Assembly (NCBI RefSeq): GCF_963921235.1
Contig: NC_086108.1
Coordinates: 91,204,001 to 91,268,000 of the forward strand
Source: Mobula hypostoma
Lineage: Eukaryota
Reading direction: 5' to 3'
DNA length: 64,000 bases
Shown in pieces: positions 1 to 10,740 of this stretch. Every line of letters begins with the position of its first letter. Position 1 is the stretch's first letter. The notes beneath the pieces were generated by a model. That model worked only from the letters and a program-made list of their open reading frames with translations. It was not told where the DNA came from and searched no databases. Made by a program: the position numbers and the translations under genes.

Positions 1-400
1 AATTACATGATGACATGGTGACCCAGTTACAAGTCAGGATAGTGCGGAGCTTGGAGGGGAATTTGAAGGTGGTGGTATTCCCCTGCACCTGAAGCTGTTG
101 TCCTTCTTGATATTGGAAATCATGGGTTCAGGAGGTGCTGTTCCAGTAGTCGGAGCAAGTAGCTTTAGTGATCTTTGTGGCAATTACTCATGCAACCACT
201 GTGGGCTGGTGTTGGAGAAAAAGGATATTTCAAGCATGGAGAGCCATTCAGAGTAGATACTTTGACCTGGTGAAGCTGTTTGAAGGAGCAAGTGTATCAC
301 ATTCTTGAGTGTGCCTTGTAGATGGTGGAATGTTATTTGGGTGTCAGGAAGGGAATAACTTGCTACAGGATACTTGGCCTTAGACCAGTGCTTCTACAGA
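1..400 (-). mobile_element. Old degraded L2/CR1-group LINE, 3' ORF2 fragment
   Basis: Minus strand gives decayed 'TIYKAH...' text typical of the RT C-terminal region of chondrichthyan L2/CR1-group LINEs; many indels. Confidence 0.55.
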
Positions 401-424
401 TATAAGAATACTTTTATTTTTAGG

Positions 425-940
425 GAATAACTAGAGAGGTTAAGGATAGAGTCCAGAAGAGGTTCACAAGGGTGATTCTGGGAATGAATGGGTTAGCATA
501 TAAGGAGTGTTTGGCAGCTTTGGGCCCGTACTATTGAAATTTAAAGGAATGCGGGGGAGGGCAAATCTCATTGAAACCTACTGAATATTGAAATGACCAG
601 ATAGGGTGGATGTGGGGAGGATGTTTCCAATGGTGGGGGCATCCAGAACTAGAGGACACAGAATTAAGGGGCGACCCTTTAGAACAGGGATAATGAAGAT
701 TTTTTTAGCCAGAGAGTAGTAAATCTGTGGAATGCTCTGCCACAGATTACAGTGGAGGCCAAGTCGGTGGGTATATTTAAGGTGTAAGTTGATCATTTCC
801 TGATCGGTCAGGGCATCAAAGGATATGGTGAGAAGGCAAGATATGGGGTTGAGTGGGATCCGAGATCAGTTATGATGGAAAGACGAAGCAGACTTGATGG
901 GCTGAATGGCTTAATTCTGCTCCTATGTTTTATGGGCTTG
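425..940 (+). mobile_element. CR1 LINE 3' fragment
   Basis: Reads RVQKRFTRV...SRTRGH...FFSQRVVNLWNALP...GIKGYGEKA and ends in the CR1 tail 'aattctgctcctatg'. Confidence 0.9.
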
Positions 941-987
941 TGGCTGGAAGTAATTCGGAACATGTGTAGCTTGGGCGACTGATGTTT

Positions 988-1130
988 GGTTTGATTAGTT
1001 CTCTAATCTTGGCAATTTACTTGCAAATGTTTTGTCACAATGCGAGGAGACATTGATTGTGATTGTGATCAACAGCACACTGACAAAACATTTGCAAGTA
1101 AGTTGGCCAAGATCAGAGAACAACTCAACC
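988..1130. repeat. Inverted repeat with ~40-bp arms (998-1037 / 1081-1121), probable Penelope pLTR fold-back remnant
   Basis: gttctctaatcttggcaatttacttgcaaatgttttgtca is nearly the reverse complement of tgacaaaacatttgcaagtaagttggccaagatcagagaac. Confidence 0.75.
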
Positions 1131-2494
1131 TAACTGCTACGGATACCATATGTTTACAAAAAGAAACTAAATGTTAGCAGAGTAAAAATACAAAGGTTAG
1201 GGGAACATCAAAGGAAAATAAATAATTGCAAGAGCATTTGAATTGACAATTAGAAAAAAAGTGCATGTCTCTTTGGACAGAAATTTGGATGACGATTTAA
1301 GTGCCAGGACAAACCTAATTGAGATGGCAGGGTCCAAGCCCCAGATTGTATCAGAGCAACTGAACCTGATTCTCAGATGACAATGTAGGCACCGGACCAG
1401 ATAGGAAAAGTCAGGGAGTCGGAACTGGAGGCAAGGGACAGGCCTGCTCAGCTCGCTGCTCCGCTCTGCGTTGAACCAAACGTTTGGGGACAGATTCTCT
1501 TTGTGAACTTCAGTTCAGGACACTATTGCTTGCATTTATTGTTTGTATGAGTCTCTCAAAAGCAGAGGTGGAGGAGTATGCCTCATTAACAACTCTTCCT
1601 GGTGCACAAATATTTCAGTGCTGTCCCAAATCTACTCACCAGACCTGGAATATCTAGCAGTTAGGTGTCATCATTTTTACCTACCATGAGAGTTCTCCAG
1701 GGTCATTTTGGTAGCAGTATACATTCCACCTCAGGCCAATATCAATCAGGCTTTTGATGAGCTGAGCAATGAGATCAACATGCATGAAACAGCGCATCCT
1801 AATGCCTTCATCATCGTTTTGGGAGATTTTAATCAAACCAGTCTGAAAACATCACTAAGCAATTACTGTCAACAGATCACTTGCAGTGCTGGAGGAAACA
1901 ACACACTGGACCATTGCTACGCCATAACCAAGAATTCCTATCGTGCTATTCCACGCCCTCACTTTGGGAAGTCTGATCAGCTGGCTGTACTTCTACTCCC
2001 TGGGTATAGGCAGAGACTGAAGACTGCAGCACTAATAGTGAGGACCGAGAAGTTATGGGCAAGGGAAGCACAGGAGCTCCTAAAGGATTGCTTCGAATCG
2101 GTGGACTGGACTGTATTCATGGATTCATCTTCGAACCTGGATGAGTATGCTGCAGTTCTTACTGACTTCATTAAAACCTGTATGGATGACTTACTGTACA
2201 TTCCCAAAACAGATGGTACATCATCTGCTGAAGACTAGATCTGTGGCATTCAAGTCTGGCAACCCAGGCCTGTACCAGAAAATCAGGTATGATTTGTGAA
2301 AGGCTATTTCAAGGGCGAAGAGACAGTTTCGAACGAGGTTGGAGGTGACATCGGATGCACGACAACTCCGGCAGGGTTTACAAGACATTACTTCCTACAA
2401 ATCGAAACCCAATAGCATGAACAGCAGTGATACTTCACTACCAGATGAACTCAACGTCTTCTATGCCCGCTTTGAAAAGGAGAATACAACTACA

Positions 2495-2626
2495 AACAAC
2501 AGGAATTCTGCAGATGCTGGAAATTCAAGCAACACACATCAAAGTTGCTGGTGAACGCAGCAGGTCAGGCAGCATCTCTAGGAAGAGGTATAGTCGACGT
2601 TTCAGGCCGAAACCCTTCGTCAGGAC
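2495..2626 (-). mobile_element. 132-bp Penelope pLTR-derived insertion with 12-bp TSD
   Basis: TSD aatacaactaca at 2483-2494 and 2627-2638; near-identical to 44881-45012 and related to the ends of the Penelope element at 6117-7119. Confidence 0.9.
2592..2626 (-). ncRNA. Minimal type I hammerhead ribozyme motif, core intact
   Basis: Minus strand reads GUC-CUGACGA-AGGGUUUCGGCCU-GAAA-CGUC-GAC: CUGANGA and GAAA cores, stem I GUC/GAC, short stem II, palindromic ACGU stem III, GUC cleavage triplet. Confidence 0.75.
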
Positions 2627-5600
2627 AATACAACTACAGCTGTGAAGATCTCTGCTGCACCTGACGACCCTGTGATCTCTGTCTCAGAGGCCGATGTTAT
2701 GCTGTTTTTAAAGAGAGTGAAACCTTACAAGGCAGAAGGCCCTGACGGATTACCTGGTAAGGCTTTGAAAACTTATGCCAACCAAGTGGTGGGAGCATTC
2801 AAGGACAATTTCAACCTCTCACTGCTATGGGCAGAAGTTCCCACTTGCTTCAAAAAGGCAACAATTATTCCAGTGCCTAAGAAGAATAATGTGAGCTGCC
2901 TTAATGACTGTCGCTCAGTAGCGCTCACATCTACAGTGATGAAATGCTTTGAGAGGATGGTCATGACTAGACCGAACTTCTGCCTCAGCAAGGACCTGTA
3001 CCCGCTGCAACTTGCCTATTCCCACAGTAGGTCAACGGCAGACACAATCTCAATGGCTCTTCACATGGCTTTAGACCACCTGGACAGCACAAACACCTAT
3101 GTCAGGATGCTGTTCATCGACTATAGCTCAGCATTTAATACCATCATTCCCACAACCCTGATTGAGACGTACCTGGGCCTCTGTACCTCCCTCTGCAATT
3201 GGATCCTCGACTTCCTAACCAGAAGACCACAATCTGTGCGGAATGGTGATAATATTTCTCCATCACTGATGATCAACACTGGTGCACCTCAGGGGTGTGT
3301 GCTTAGCCCACTGCTCTACTCTCTATATTTGCTGACGATACAACTACTGTTGGTAGAATCTCAGGTGGTGATGAGAGGGCGTACAGGAGTGAGATATGCC
3401 AACTAGTGGAGTGGTGCCACAGCAACAACCTGGCACTCGATGTCAGTAAGACGAAAGAACTGATTGTGGACTTCAGGAAGGGTAAGACGAAGGATCACAT
3501 ACCAATCCTCACAGAGAGATCAGAAGTAGAGAGAGTGAGCAGTTTCAAATTCCTAGGTGTCAAATCTCTGAGGATCTAACCTAGTTAGATGCAGTTATAA
3601 AGAAGGCAAGGTAGCAGCTATAGTTAATTAGGAGTTTGAAGAGATTTGGTATGTCAACAAATACACTCAAAAACTTCTGTAGATGTACCATGCAGAGCAT
3701 TCTGACAGGCTGCATCACTGTCTGGTATGGAGGGGCTACTGCACAGGACCGAAAGAAACTGCAGAGGATTGTAAATCTAGTCGGCTCCATCTTGGGTACT
3801 AGCCTACAAAGTACCCAGGACATCTTCAAGGACCGGTGTCTCAGAAAGGCAGTGTCATTATTAAGGACTTCCAGCACCCAGGGCGTGCCCTTTTCTTGCT
3901 GTTGCCATCAGGTAGGAGGTACAGAAGCCTGAAGGCACACACTCAGCAATTCAAGAACATCTTCTTCCCATCGGCCATCTGATTTTTAAATGGACATTGA
4001 ACCCTTAGACACTACCTCACTTTTTTAATATATAGTATTTCTGTTTTCCGCACAATTTTTAATCTATTCAATATATGTATACTGTAGTTAATTTAGTTGT
4101 TTATTTATTATTATTAAATTATTTTGATTTTTTCTTCTAGATAATGTATTGCATTGAACTGCTGCTGCTAAGTTAAAAAATTTCATGTCACATGCCGGTG
4201 ATAATAAACCTGATTCTGATTTTTTTTTTCTCTCTGCACATTGAGTGTTTGATAGTCTTCCTTTTTTAATGGTTTTTTGGGATTCTTTGTTTCGTGGCTG
4301 CCTGTCAGGAGACAAATCTCAAGGTTGTATAATATTTACATACCTTGATAATAAATGTACTTTGTACTTTTAAAATTGGAACTTTTTAATAATAAACAAG
4401 AAAATAATATACATGTTAAAAGTTAAGTGTGTGTATATGTATCTGTCACACTAGCTAACACTAATACTTTACTGAAAATTGTAGAGAGCCAGAGTCTAAT
4501 GAGATTAAAGTTCTTAAGTAATTAATATTTTAAAAAAATTAGAGAATTTTTCTGGGATCAAGAGCTAAAAATTCCCTGGACCTGATTTCATGCACGCTAG
4601 GATTTCAAAAGAACTAGTTTCAGAGATTAGTTTTAAAATCAATCACACCTAAAAGTTAATCTTGATTTTTCTCCCCCCCCCCCAACACATTTCAAATATT
4701 TCAGGATTTGTCTAGCTTTTGTCATCTAACTGACATCTCATGAGTTCAAAAGCACACACTCTATTGTTGGCTGACAGTCGCTCACATGAAGTAATTTGTC
4801 AATATCCTGCCAGTTGACAATAGTAGAAAATTGAAGCATGCAAAGGAACATAGGGGCTACAAAGCAGTGTAGAGCAGCAGGCATGGAGTTTGACATGCCA
4901 CTATCTATTGTGTCACTCCAGTAGATCTTTTACATTTACTTCAGCTTGGGGTTTGTTATAGTTAGAGTCTTTGTTATAATTCACTCTGGGTACTAAATTT
5001 GCATGATTTTTAGTGGTTAAATAAATTTGGCTTTAATCTTCAGTTATAAAGTGATTTTCAGTTATATCTTTTCAGATGTAAGAAGCAGAATGGAAACTCG
5101 TCTCGCGTAGTATAGCACTGGCAGCCCATTTTGTATTCTCCCATATGTTCTATTTCATTAACTTTAATGGAAAAGAAAACTGAGCAGGAAAAGCTCAATT
5201 CACCATTGCCAGTTCTGTGCCGCTGTGCGAGGTGACTTTATATTAGTTTAGACTTATGAAAAGTCACAGCAAATCATATTTCGGAATTTTAGTTGCATAT
5301 CCGAAGAAGGTCAATATTTTTGGACATTAACCCTGGTATTGTCTCCACAGATACTTACTCACCTGCTGACTATTTCCAACTTCGTTGGATTGTACTTCTG
5401 GCTTTTGGATAAAAGTGAAACCCACATAGATTTTCATTTGAAATACTCTAAAAATTGATCACCTCAACATCCCCTTGTAATATCGGCAATTTAATATTCT
5501 GTTTTCCAGTAAGGCTACTTGCCTGACAGCCAAGTATTTTAATCATGTTTTCTGGGCTTTTCTGACAATATTTTGCTTACTCAGCTGTTAAACATGTTTC

Positions 5601-5654
5601 CTGCTGAGCTTTTTGTTGGAATGATTGCAACTGGAAGTGTAGCTCAGTAGTACA

Positions 5655-6060
5655 GCATAGAAAGATACATCACAGGAACAGGCCATTCAGCCCACAATAT
5701 TGTGCTGAACTAGCTAAAAGACAAATCAGAATCACTCTAGCACTAATCCCCCTTCTCTACACAATGTCCATAACCCTCCATTTCCATTACATCCATGTAC
5801 CAATCTAAATGTCTCTTAAAAGCCTCTAATGTATTTGCCTCTACCACCATACCAGGCAGTGCATTCCCAGCATCCACCAGTCTCTGAGTGAAAAAATTAC
5901 CTTTCACATCTTCTTTGAACCTACACCTCCACAGCTTCAATGCAAGCCCCCTGGTATTAGACATTTCAACCCTGGGAAACAGGCACTCACTGTCCACTAT
6001 ACCTTACCGCTCATAACCTTATAAACCTCTAACAGATCTCCCCTCAACCTCCACCACGCC
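5655..6060 (-). mobile_element. CR1 LINE 3' fragment
   Basis: ORF 5743-5997: LFPRVEMSNTRG...FFTQRLVDAGNALP; CR1 tail. Confidence 0.88.
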
Positions 6061-6207
6061 AGAGATGGCAAGTGTGTTTGAAAATGGTGGGAGATTAATA
6101 TAGATGCTGATTTCAAACACAAAATAATCTGCAGACGCTGGGATCAAAGCAACACTCACAACACGCTGGAGGAACTCAGCAGGTCGGGCAGCATCCGTGG
6201 AAACAAT

Positions 6208-6245
6208 GAGTCGACGTTTCGGGCTGGAACCCTTTGTCAGGACTG
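6208..6245 (-). ncRNA. Degenerate hammerhead motif (core CUGACAA)
   Basis: Minus strand reads cagtc-CTGACAA-agggttccagccc-GAAA-cgtc-gactc; G8 is changed to A. Confidence 0.6.
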
Positions 6246-7026
6246 AAGAGAGAAGGGGCAGAGGCCCAATAAAGAAGGTGGGGGAGGGTTGGAAGGAGAA
6301 GGCTGGTAGATTCAGTAGAAAAAACAGTAATTTGAAAGACAAAGGGGTGGGGGAGGGGAAGCAGGAAGGTAACAGGCAGGAAAACAACGGGTAGTAGAAG
6401 GAGGCGGAACCATGAGGGAGGTGATAGGCAGCTGGGGGAGGGGGCAGAGTGAAATAGGGATAGAGGAAGGGAGGGGGAGGGAATTACCGGAAGTTGGAGA
6501 ATTCTATGTTCATACCATGGGGCTGGAGGCTACCTAGACGGTATATGAGGTGTTGCTCATCCAACCTGATATGAATACCCCATTCAGATATGTCCATCCC
6601 ACTTCAACTCTACTTCTCATTCCCATTCAGATATGTCCATACATGGCCTCCTCTACTGCCATGATGAGGCTAAACTCAGGTTGGAGGAGCAACACCTCAT
6701 ATACCGTCTGGGTAGTCTCCATCCCCTTGGTATGAACATAGAATTCTCCAACTTCCGGTAATTCCCTCCCTCTCCCTTCCCCTATCCCTAATTCACTATG
6801 CCCCCTCCCCCAGCTGCCTACCTCCTCCATCATGGTTCTGCCTCCTTCTACTACCCATTGAGTTTTCCCCTATTCCTTCTTCACCTTTCCTGCCTATCAC
6901 CTCCCTGCCTCCCCTCCCCCACCCCTTTATCTTTCCCCTTACTGGTTTTTCACCTGGAACCTACCAGCCTTCTCCTTCCCACCCTACCCCCCACCTTCTT
7001 TAAAGGGCCTCTGCCCCTTCCCTCTT

Positions 7027-7064
7027 CAGTCCTGACGAAGGGTTCTGGCCCGAAACGTCAACTC
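7027..7064 (+). ncRNA. Minimal type I hammerhead motif, core intact, stem I mismatch
   Basis: cagtc-CTGACGA-a-ggg-ttctgg-ccc-GAAA-cgtc-aactc; predicted cleavage after C7059. Confidence 0.7.
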
Positions 7065-7957
7065 ATCGATTCCACGGGTGCTGCCTGACCTGCTGAGTTC
7101 CTCCAGCATGTTGTGAAAAATGCTGATTTCAATTTGTTGGATTCAACAGCAAATACAATATTGACATCAGAGTATGAAACTATTTTAAAATTTGTTCTGT
7201 GTTCTTTTCTGATTCAGGAAACTGCATTCACATACCTACTCGCAAACAGAGGGATTACTATATACATGATAAACCACAAGAATTAACTTTATTAGAGTTT
7301 GGTGCAATACAGGAAGGAAAACAAATGATTGATGAAGTAGCAGTACGGGAAACAAACTGATATTTATCATCTACTAAATGAGCTGATTTGTAGAATGCCA
7401 GAGGGAATCACAGATCCAGCAAACTCTCTCTAAATGTCCTTGCTTCTATTTCCAACCTTAGTGCTAGCATCAAGCCTATGAGAAGATTCCCCTTTTGCAC
7501 AAAGTAATTACCCCTTTTTGTACCTATCAAAACTCAAAAATAACTCTTTCCCCAGTACTTTTCAATAATAAAGTTAGAGTCTCCTTATGTACAGACACTC
7601 CTGTGCCTATTGTCTCTTTATGGACATTCAGTCAATCTATGTATATTAACTGTCTTATGCATTTATACTTATTGTGTTTTTTATTATTGTGTTCTTTAAC
7701 TTAATGGGCTTTTTGGTGCTGCAATGGACCCGGAGTAACAATTACTTTATTCTCCTTTACACTTGTGTACTGGAAATAACATTAAACAATCTTCAGTCAT
7801 GTATAAGGCACCATTTGGCACCAGCACCTCCACCATGACCTCACCTTCCCTTGGCAAACATGTATTCATAATAATCTACCCTCAAGGCTGTAGACTTGAA
7901 CTCTTGACTTTCTCAAAACAATCCCTCTCCAAGCTAACACCATTTTGCCTTACGTAA

Positions 7958-8185
7958 TCATAGAAACATAGAAATTTACAGCACGTTACAGACTCTTCGG
8001 CCCACAATGTTGTGCCGACCATGTAACCTACTCTAGAAACAGCCTAGGATTTCCCTAGCATATAGCTGTCTATTTTTCTAAGCTCCATGTCCCTATCTAA
8101 CAGTCTCTTAAAAGACCCTGTTGTATCCACCTCTACCACGGTCACTGACAGTGCATTCCACGCACCCACCACTGTCTGTGTGAAT
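7958..8185 (-). mobile_element. CR1 LINE 3' tail fragment
   Basis: FTQTVVGAWNAL...SFKRLLDR; (atagaaac)n tail. Confidence 0.85.
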
Positions 8186-8357
8186 GCCAGAGGGAAATAC
8201 AGATCCAACAAATTTCCACGTACTTCCATTTTATTTTAGCATATACTAAGGAGGAATCACATTTAACTCTTATAATCAGTAATAAAATTTTATTATAAAT
8301 GCATACTCTCAAAATGATCTGTTCAAGAAAAGTGAGAAAGGCAGAAGAATTTTAATT

Positions 8358-9402
8358 TGAAATGAATTGAATTGACTTTGTTACTTACATCCTTCACATA
8401 CATGAGGAGTAAAAATCTTACGTTGCATCTCCATCTAAATGTGCAATGTGCAAGTTACAGTCATTTGTAATAAATAGTATGTCCAACAGGACAAACAATA
8501 TAGCATAGAAATACAATAGTATCAGCGTGAATTAATCAGTCTAATGGCCTGGTGGAAGAAGCTGTCCCGGAGCCTGTTGGTCCTGGCTTTTATGCTGCAG
8601 TACCGTTTCCTGGATGGTAGCAGCTGGAACAGTTCGTCGCTGGGGTGACTCGGGTCCCCAGTGATCCTTCGGGCCCTTTTTGCACACGTGTCTTGTTAAA
8701 TGTCCTGAATAGTTGGAAGTCCAGATGCACTGGGCTGTCTGCACCACTCTTTGCAGAGTCCTGCGATTGAGGGAGGTACAGTTCCCATAACAGACAGAGA
8801 TGCAGCCAGTCAGGATGTTCTCAATTATGCCCTTGTAGAAAGTCCTTAGGATTTGGGGACCCATACCAAAGTTCTTCAACTATCTGAGGTGAAAGAGGCG
8901 CTGTTGTGCTTTTTTCACCACACAGCTGGTATGTACAGACCACATGAGATCCTTGGTGATGTGTATGCCGAGGAACTTAAAGCTGTTCACTCTCTCAACC
9001 CCAGACCCATTGATGTCAATAGGGGTCCATTCGTCCTGTAGTCCACAACTAGCTCCTTTGTTTTTGCGACATTGAGGGAGAGGTTGTTTTCTTGACACCA
9101 CTGTGTCAGGGTGATGACTTCTTTGCTGTAGGTTACCTCGTTATTATTTGAGATTGGGCCAATCAGTGTAGCATCACTAGCAAATTTTATTAGAAGATTG
9201 GAGCTGTGGGTGGTGACACAGTCATGGGTATACATAGAGTAAAGGAGGGGACTTAGGACAAAGCCCTGAGGGGCATCTGTGTTGAGGGTCAGAGCGGTGG
9301 AGGTGAGGGAGCCCACGCTTACCACCTGACGGTGATCTGACAGGAAGTCCAGGATCCAGCTGCACAAGGCAGGGTGAAAGCCAAGGTCTCCGAGCTTCTT
9401 GG
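8358..9402 (-). mobile_element. Rex1/Babar LINE 3' fragment (RT)
   Basis: ORFs 8987-9427 (LCSWILDFL, APQGFVLSPLL, IKFASD), 8880-9101 and 8541-8879. Confidence 0.9.
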
Positions 9403-9732
9403 ATAATGAAGATTTGATGTCTAACATTCAGCAGAATAATAGTTTGAGGAGAGATGAAAAGGAATCTGTTTTGCATGCTCTTTCCCAGAACTGAAGAACT
9501 CCACCATCAGGCAGTGGAACAAGTCCAAGTAACCCTGATATATGGGGCAATCTTTGTAAATCCAAAATAATTATCACAAAGATAGATTTGCACAAATCAG
9601 CCTAAAGTTGAAATTTCCCATGTTCTGTGAAATCAATTTACGGACTTAATTTATTACAGATTCAACTGCAGCATTATATTGTGCTATAATATAGCTTGTT
9701 ATAACATTTTAAAACATGTTGGATAGTGGGAA

Positions 9733-9950
9733 GGCACAGTACAATGGTGGTTAGCGTAATGCTATTACAGTGCCAACAACACAAGTTCACTTCCCACCAC
9801 TGTCTGTAAGGAGTTTGTACGTTCTCCTTGTGACACTGTGGGCTTCATTTGGGTGTCTTGGTTCCCTCCCACATTTCAAGACGTAAGGGTTAGTAGGTTA
9901 ATTACATATGGATGTAATTGGGTGCCACAGACTCACTGGGCCAGAAGGAT
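9733..9950 (+). mobile_element. tRNA-derived V-domain SINE (HE1-like)
   Basis: A-box-like tggttagc, B-box-like gttcacttcc, and V-domain 'gtaaggagtttgtacgttctcc...cctcccaca'. Confidence 0.8.
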
Positions 9951-10544
9951 CAAAATAAGAAAACAAAAATAAATAAAAATTTGTTTCTACCTCTCCATGA
10001 ATATCTAAAGAGTTTTAAAACATTAGAACAAATGACCCTTTAATAATTTGTACATTATTATTGCTGAGAAGTATTTTAATTTCTTCAAATATAATCAGAC
10101 TGAGCAATATCACAGCTAACATCAATTGTTACCCAATATAGGTTTCTGCAAGATTAAAACTAGCCAGTGAGTGACATTGTTGGATGTTTGAAACAAGCTT
10201 GTCTCTATTTATAGTTCAGCGCCCAATTGGCTGAAAGTAATTTCATAGATTGAAGCTGGCAGCCAGATAACTAACTAATGAATGAATGAATGCTAATTTT
10301 GAAGATGAGAGCAAGGTCATACATCAAGAATCCAAATGATGTGTGCCAGTATGCAGTGTTTCTTAAGCATACCATTTTAATCCATCCACAGTTCGTCAAT
10401 GACAATTGAAAATACACCAGCAATTCACGTTCTAGATAATTTTCTTTATATATTTAATAGATGTTGTCTTTGTTTTATCTGAATACAGCTCTAAAGCACC
10501 TTTTTAAATATTATATTTGATTGTCATATATTTTGCTGTGGTTT

Positions 10545-10581
10545 TGATTCTGATCTCTATGTTTCGTTTAATTCTCTGTAG
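10545..10581 (+). promoter_or_regulatory. 3' splice acceptor of the DPYD terminal exon
   Basis: Pyrimidine-rich tract 'tctctatgtttcgtttaattctctgtAG' immediately before the phase-0 codon GCC. Confidence 0.88.
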
Positions 10582-10740
10582 GCCATAACCTTCGATCCCA
10601 AGACGCACCTTCCTCGAGTAAATGAAAACTGCACAGGTTGCACTCTTTGCTACAGTGTCTGTCCTATCATTGATTGCATTAAAATGATTCCCCGGTTAAC
10701 TGCTTACGTACCTAACAGAGGCATTCCTCTCGCAGTCTAA
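10582..10740 (+). CDS. DPYD: Dihydropyrimidine dehydrogenase [NADP+], terminal coding exon (equivalent to human exon 23)
   Basis: Translates to [52 protein letters not shown]. This aligns without gaps to the human DPYD C-terminus as I recall it ([52 protein letters not shown]). Contains the 4Fe-4S motif CxxCxxCxxxCP and has a canonical AG acceptor at the same phase-0 boundary. Confidence 0.97.
   Translation, partial: AITFDPKTHLPRVNENCTGCTLCYSVCPIIDCIKMIPRLTAYVPNRGIPLAV

Larger units (their letters stand above)
1549..4221 (+). mobile_element. Rex1/Babar LINE, 5'-truncated; APE endonuclease and RT pseudogene
   Basis: APE motifs (GGGVC, VAVYIPP, LGDFN, NTLDHCY, FGKSD) and RT motifs (VRMLFIDYSSAFNTI, TGAPQGCVLSPLLYSLY) in ORFs 1708-2238, 2339-2554, 2642-3406 and 3636-3932; stops and frameshifts; tail aataaacctgattctgatt. 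Confidence 0.93.
1300..4370 (+). mobile_element. Short Rex1-related non-autonomous element (about 1300-1548 plus 4222-4370) split by the Rex1 LINE
   Basis: Rex-type 3' tail 'aatctcaaggttgtat...ttgataataaatgtactttgtacttt' resumes after the Rex1 (attctg)n tail. Confidence 0.5.
6117..7119. mobile_element. Penelope-like element, truncated, arranged as a ~1-kb inverted repeat, with 13-bp TSD
   Basis: TSD atgctgatttcaa at 6104-6116 and 7120-7132. GIY-YIG C-terminal text HFNSTSHSHSDMSIHGLLYCHDEAKLRLEEQHLIYRLGSLHPLGMNIEFSNFR* on +. Arms about 6155-6568 and 6675-7115 are reverse complements. Confidence 0.9.

Noticed and set aside
4879..4900. p53-like paired CATG half-sites
   Set aside because: Several mismatches to RRRCWWGYYY in both halves; not supportable from sequence alone.
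5076..5231. Possible exon (ttttcAG ... GTgact) as a DPYD penultimate exon
   Set aside because: All three frames hit stops early and there is no CINCGKC motif or other DPYD similarity.
9733..9810. tRNA gene
   Set aside because: A/B-box-like motifs are the head of a V-SINE; no cloverleaf. The same applies at 50337.
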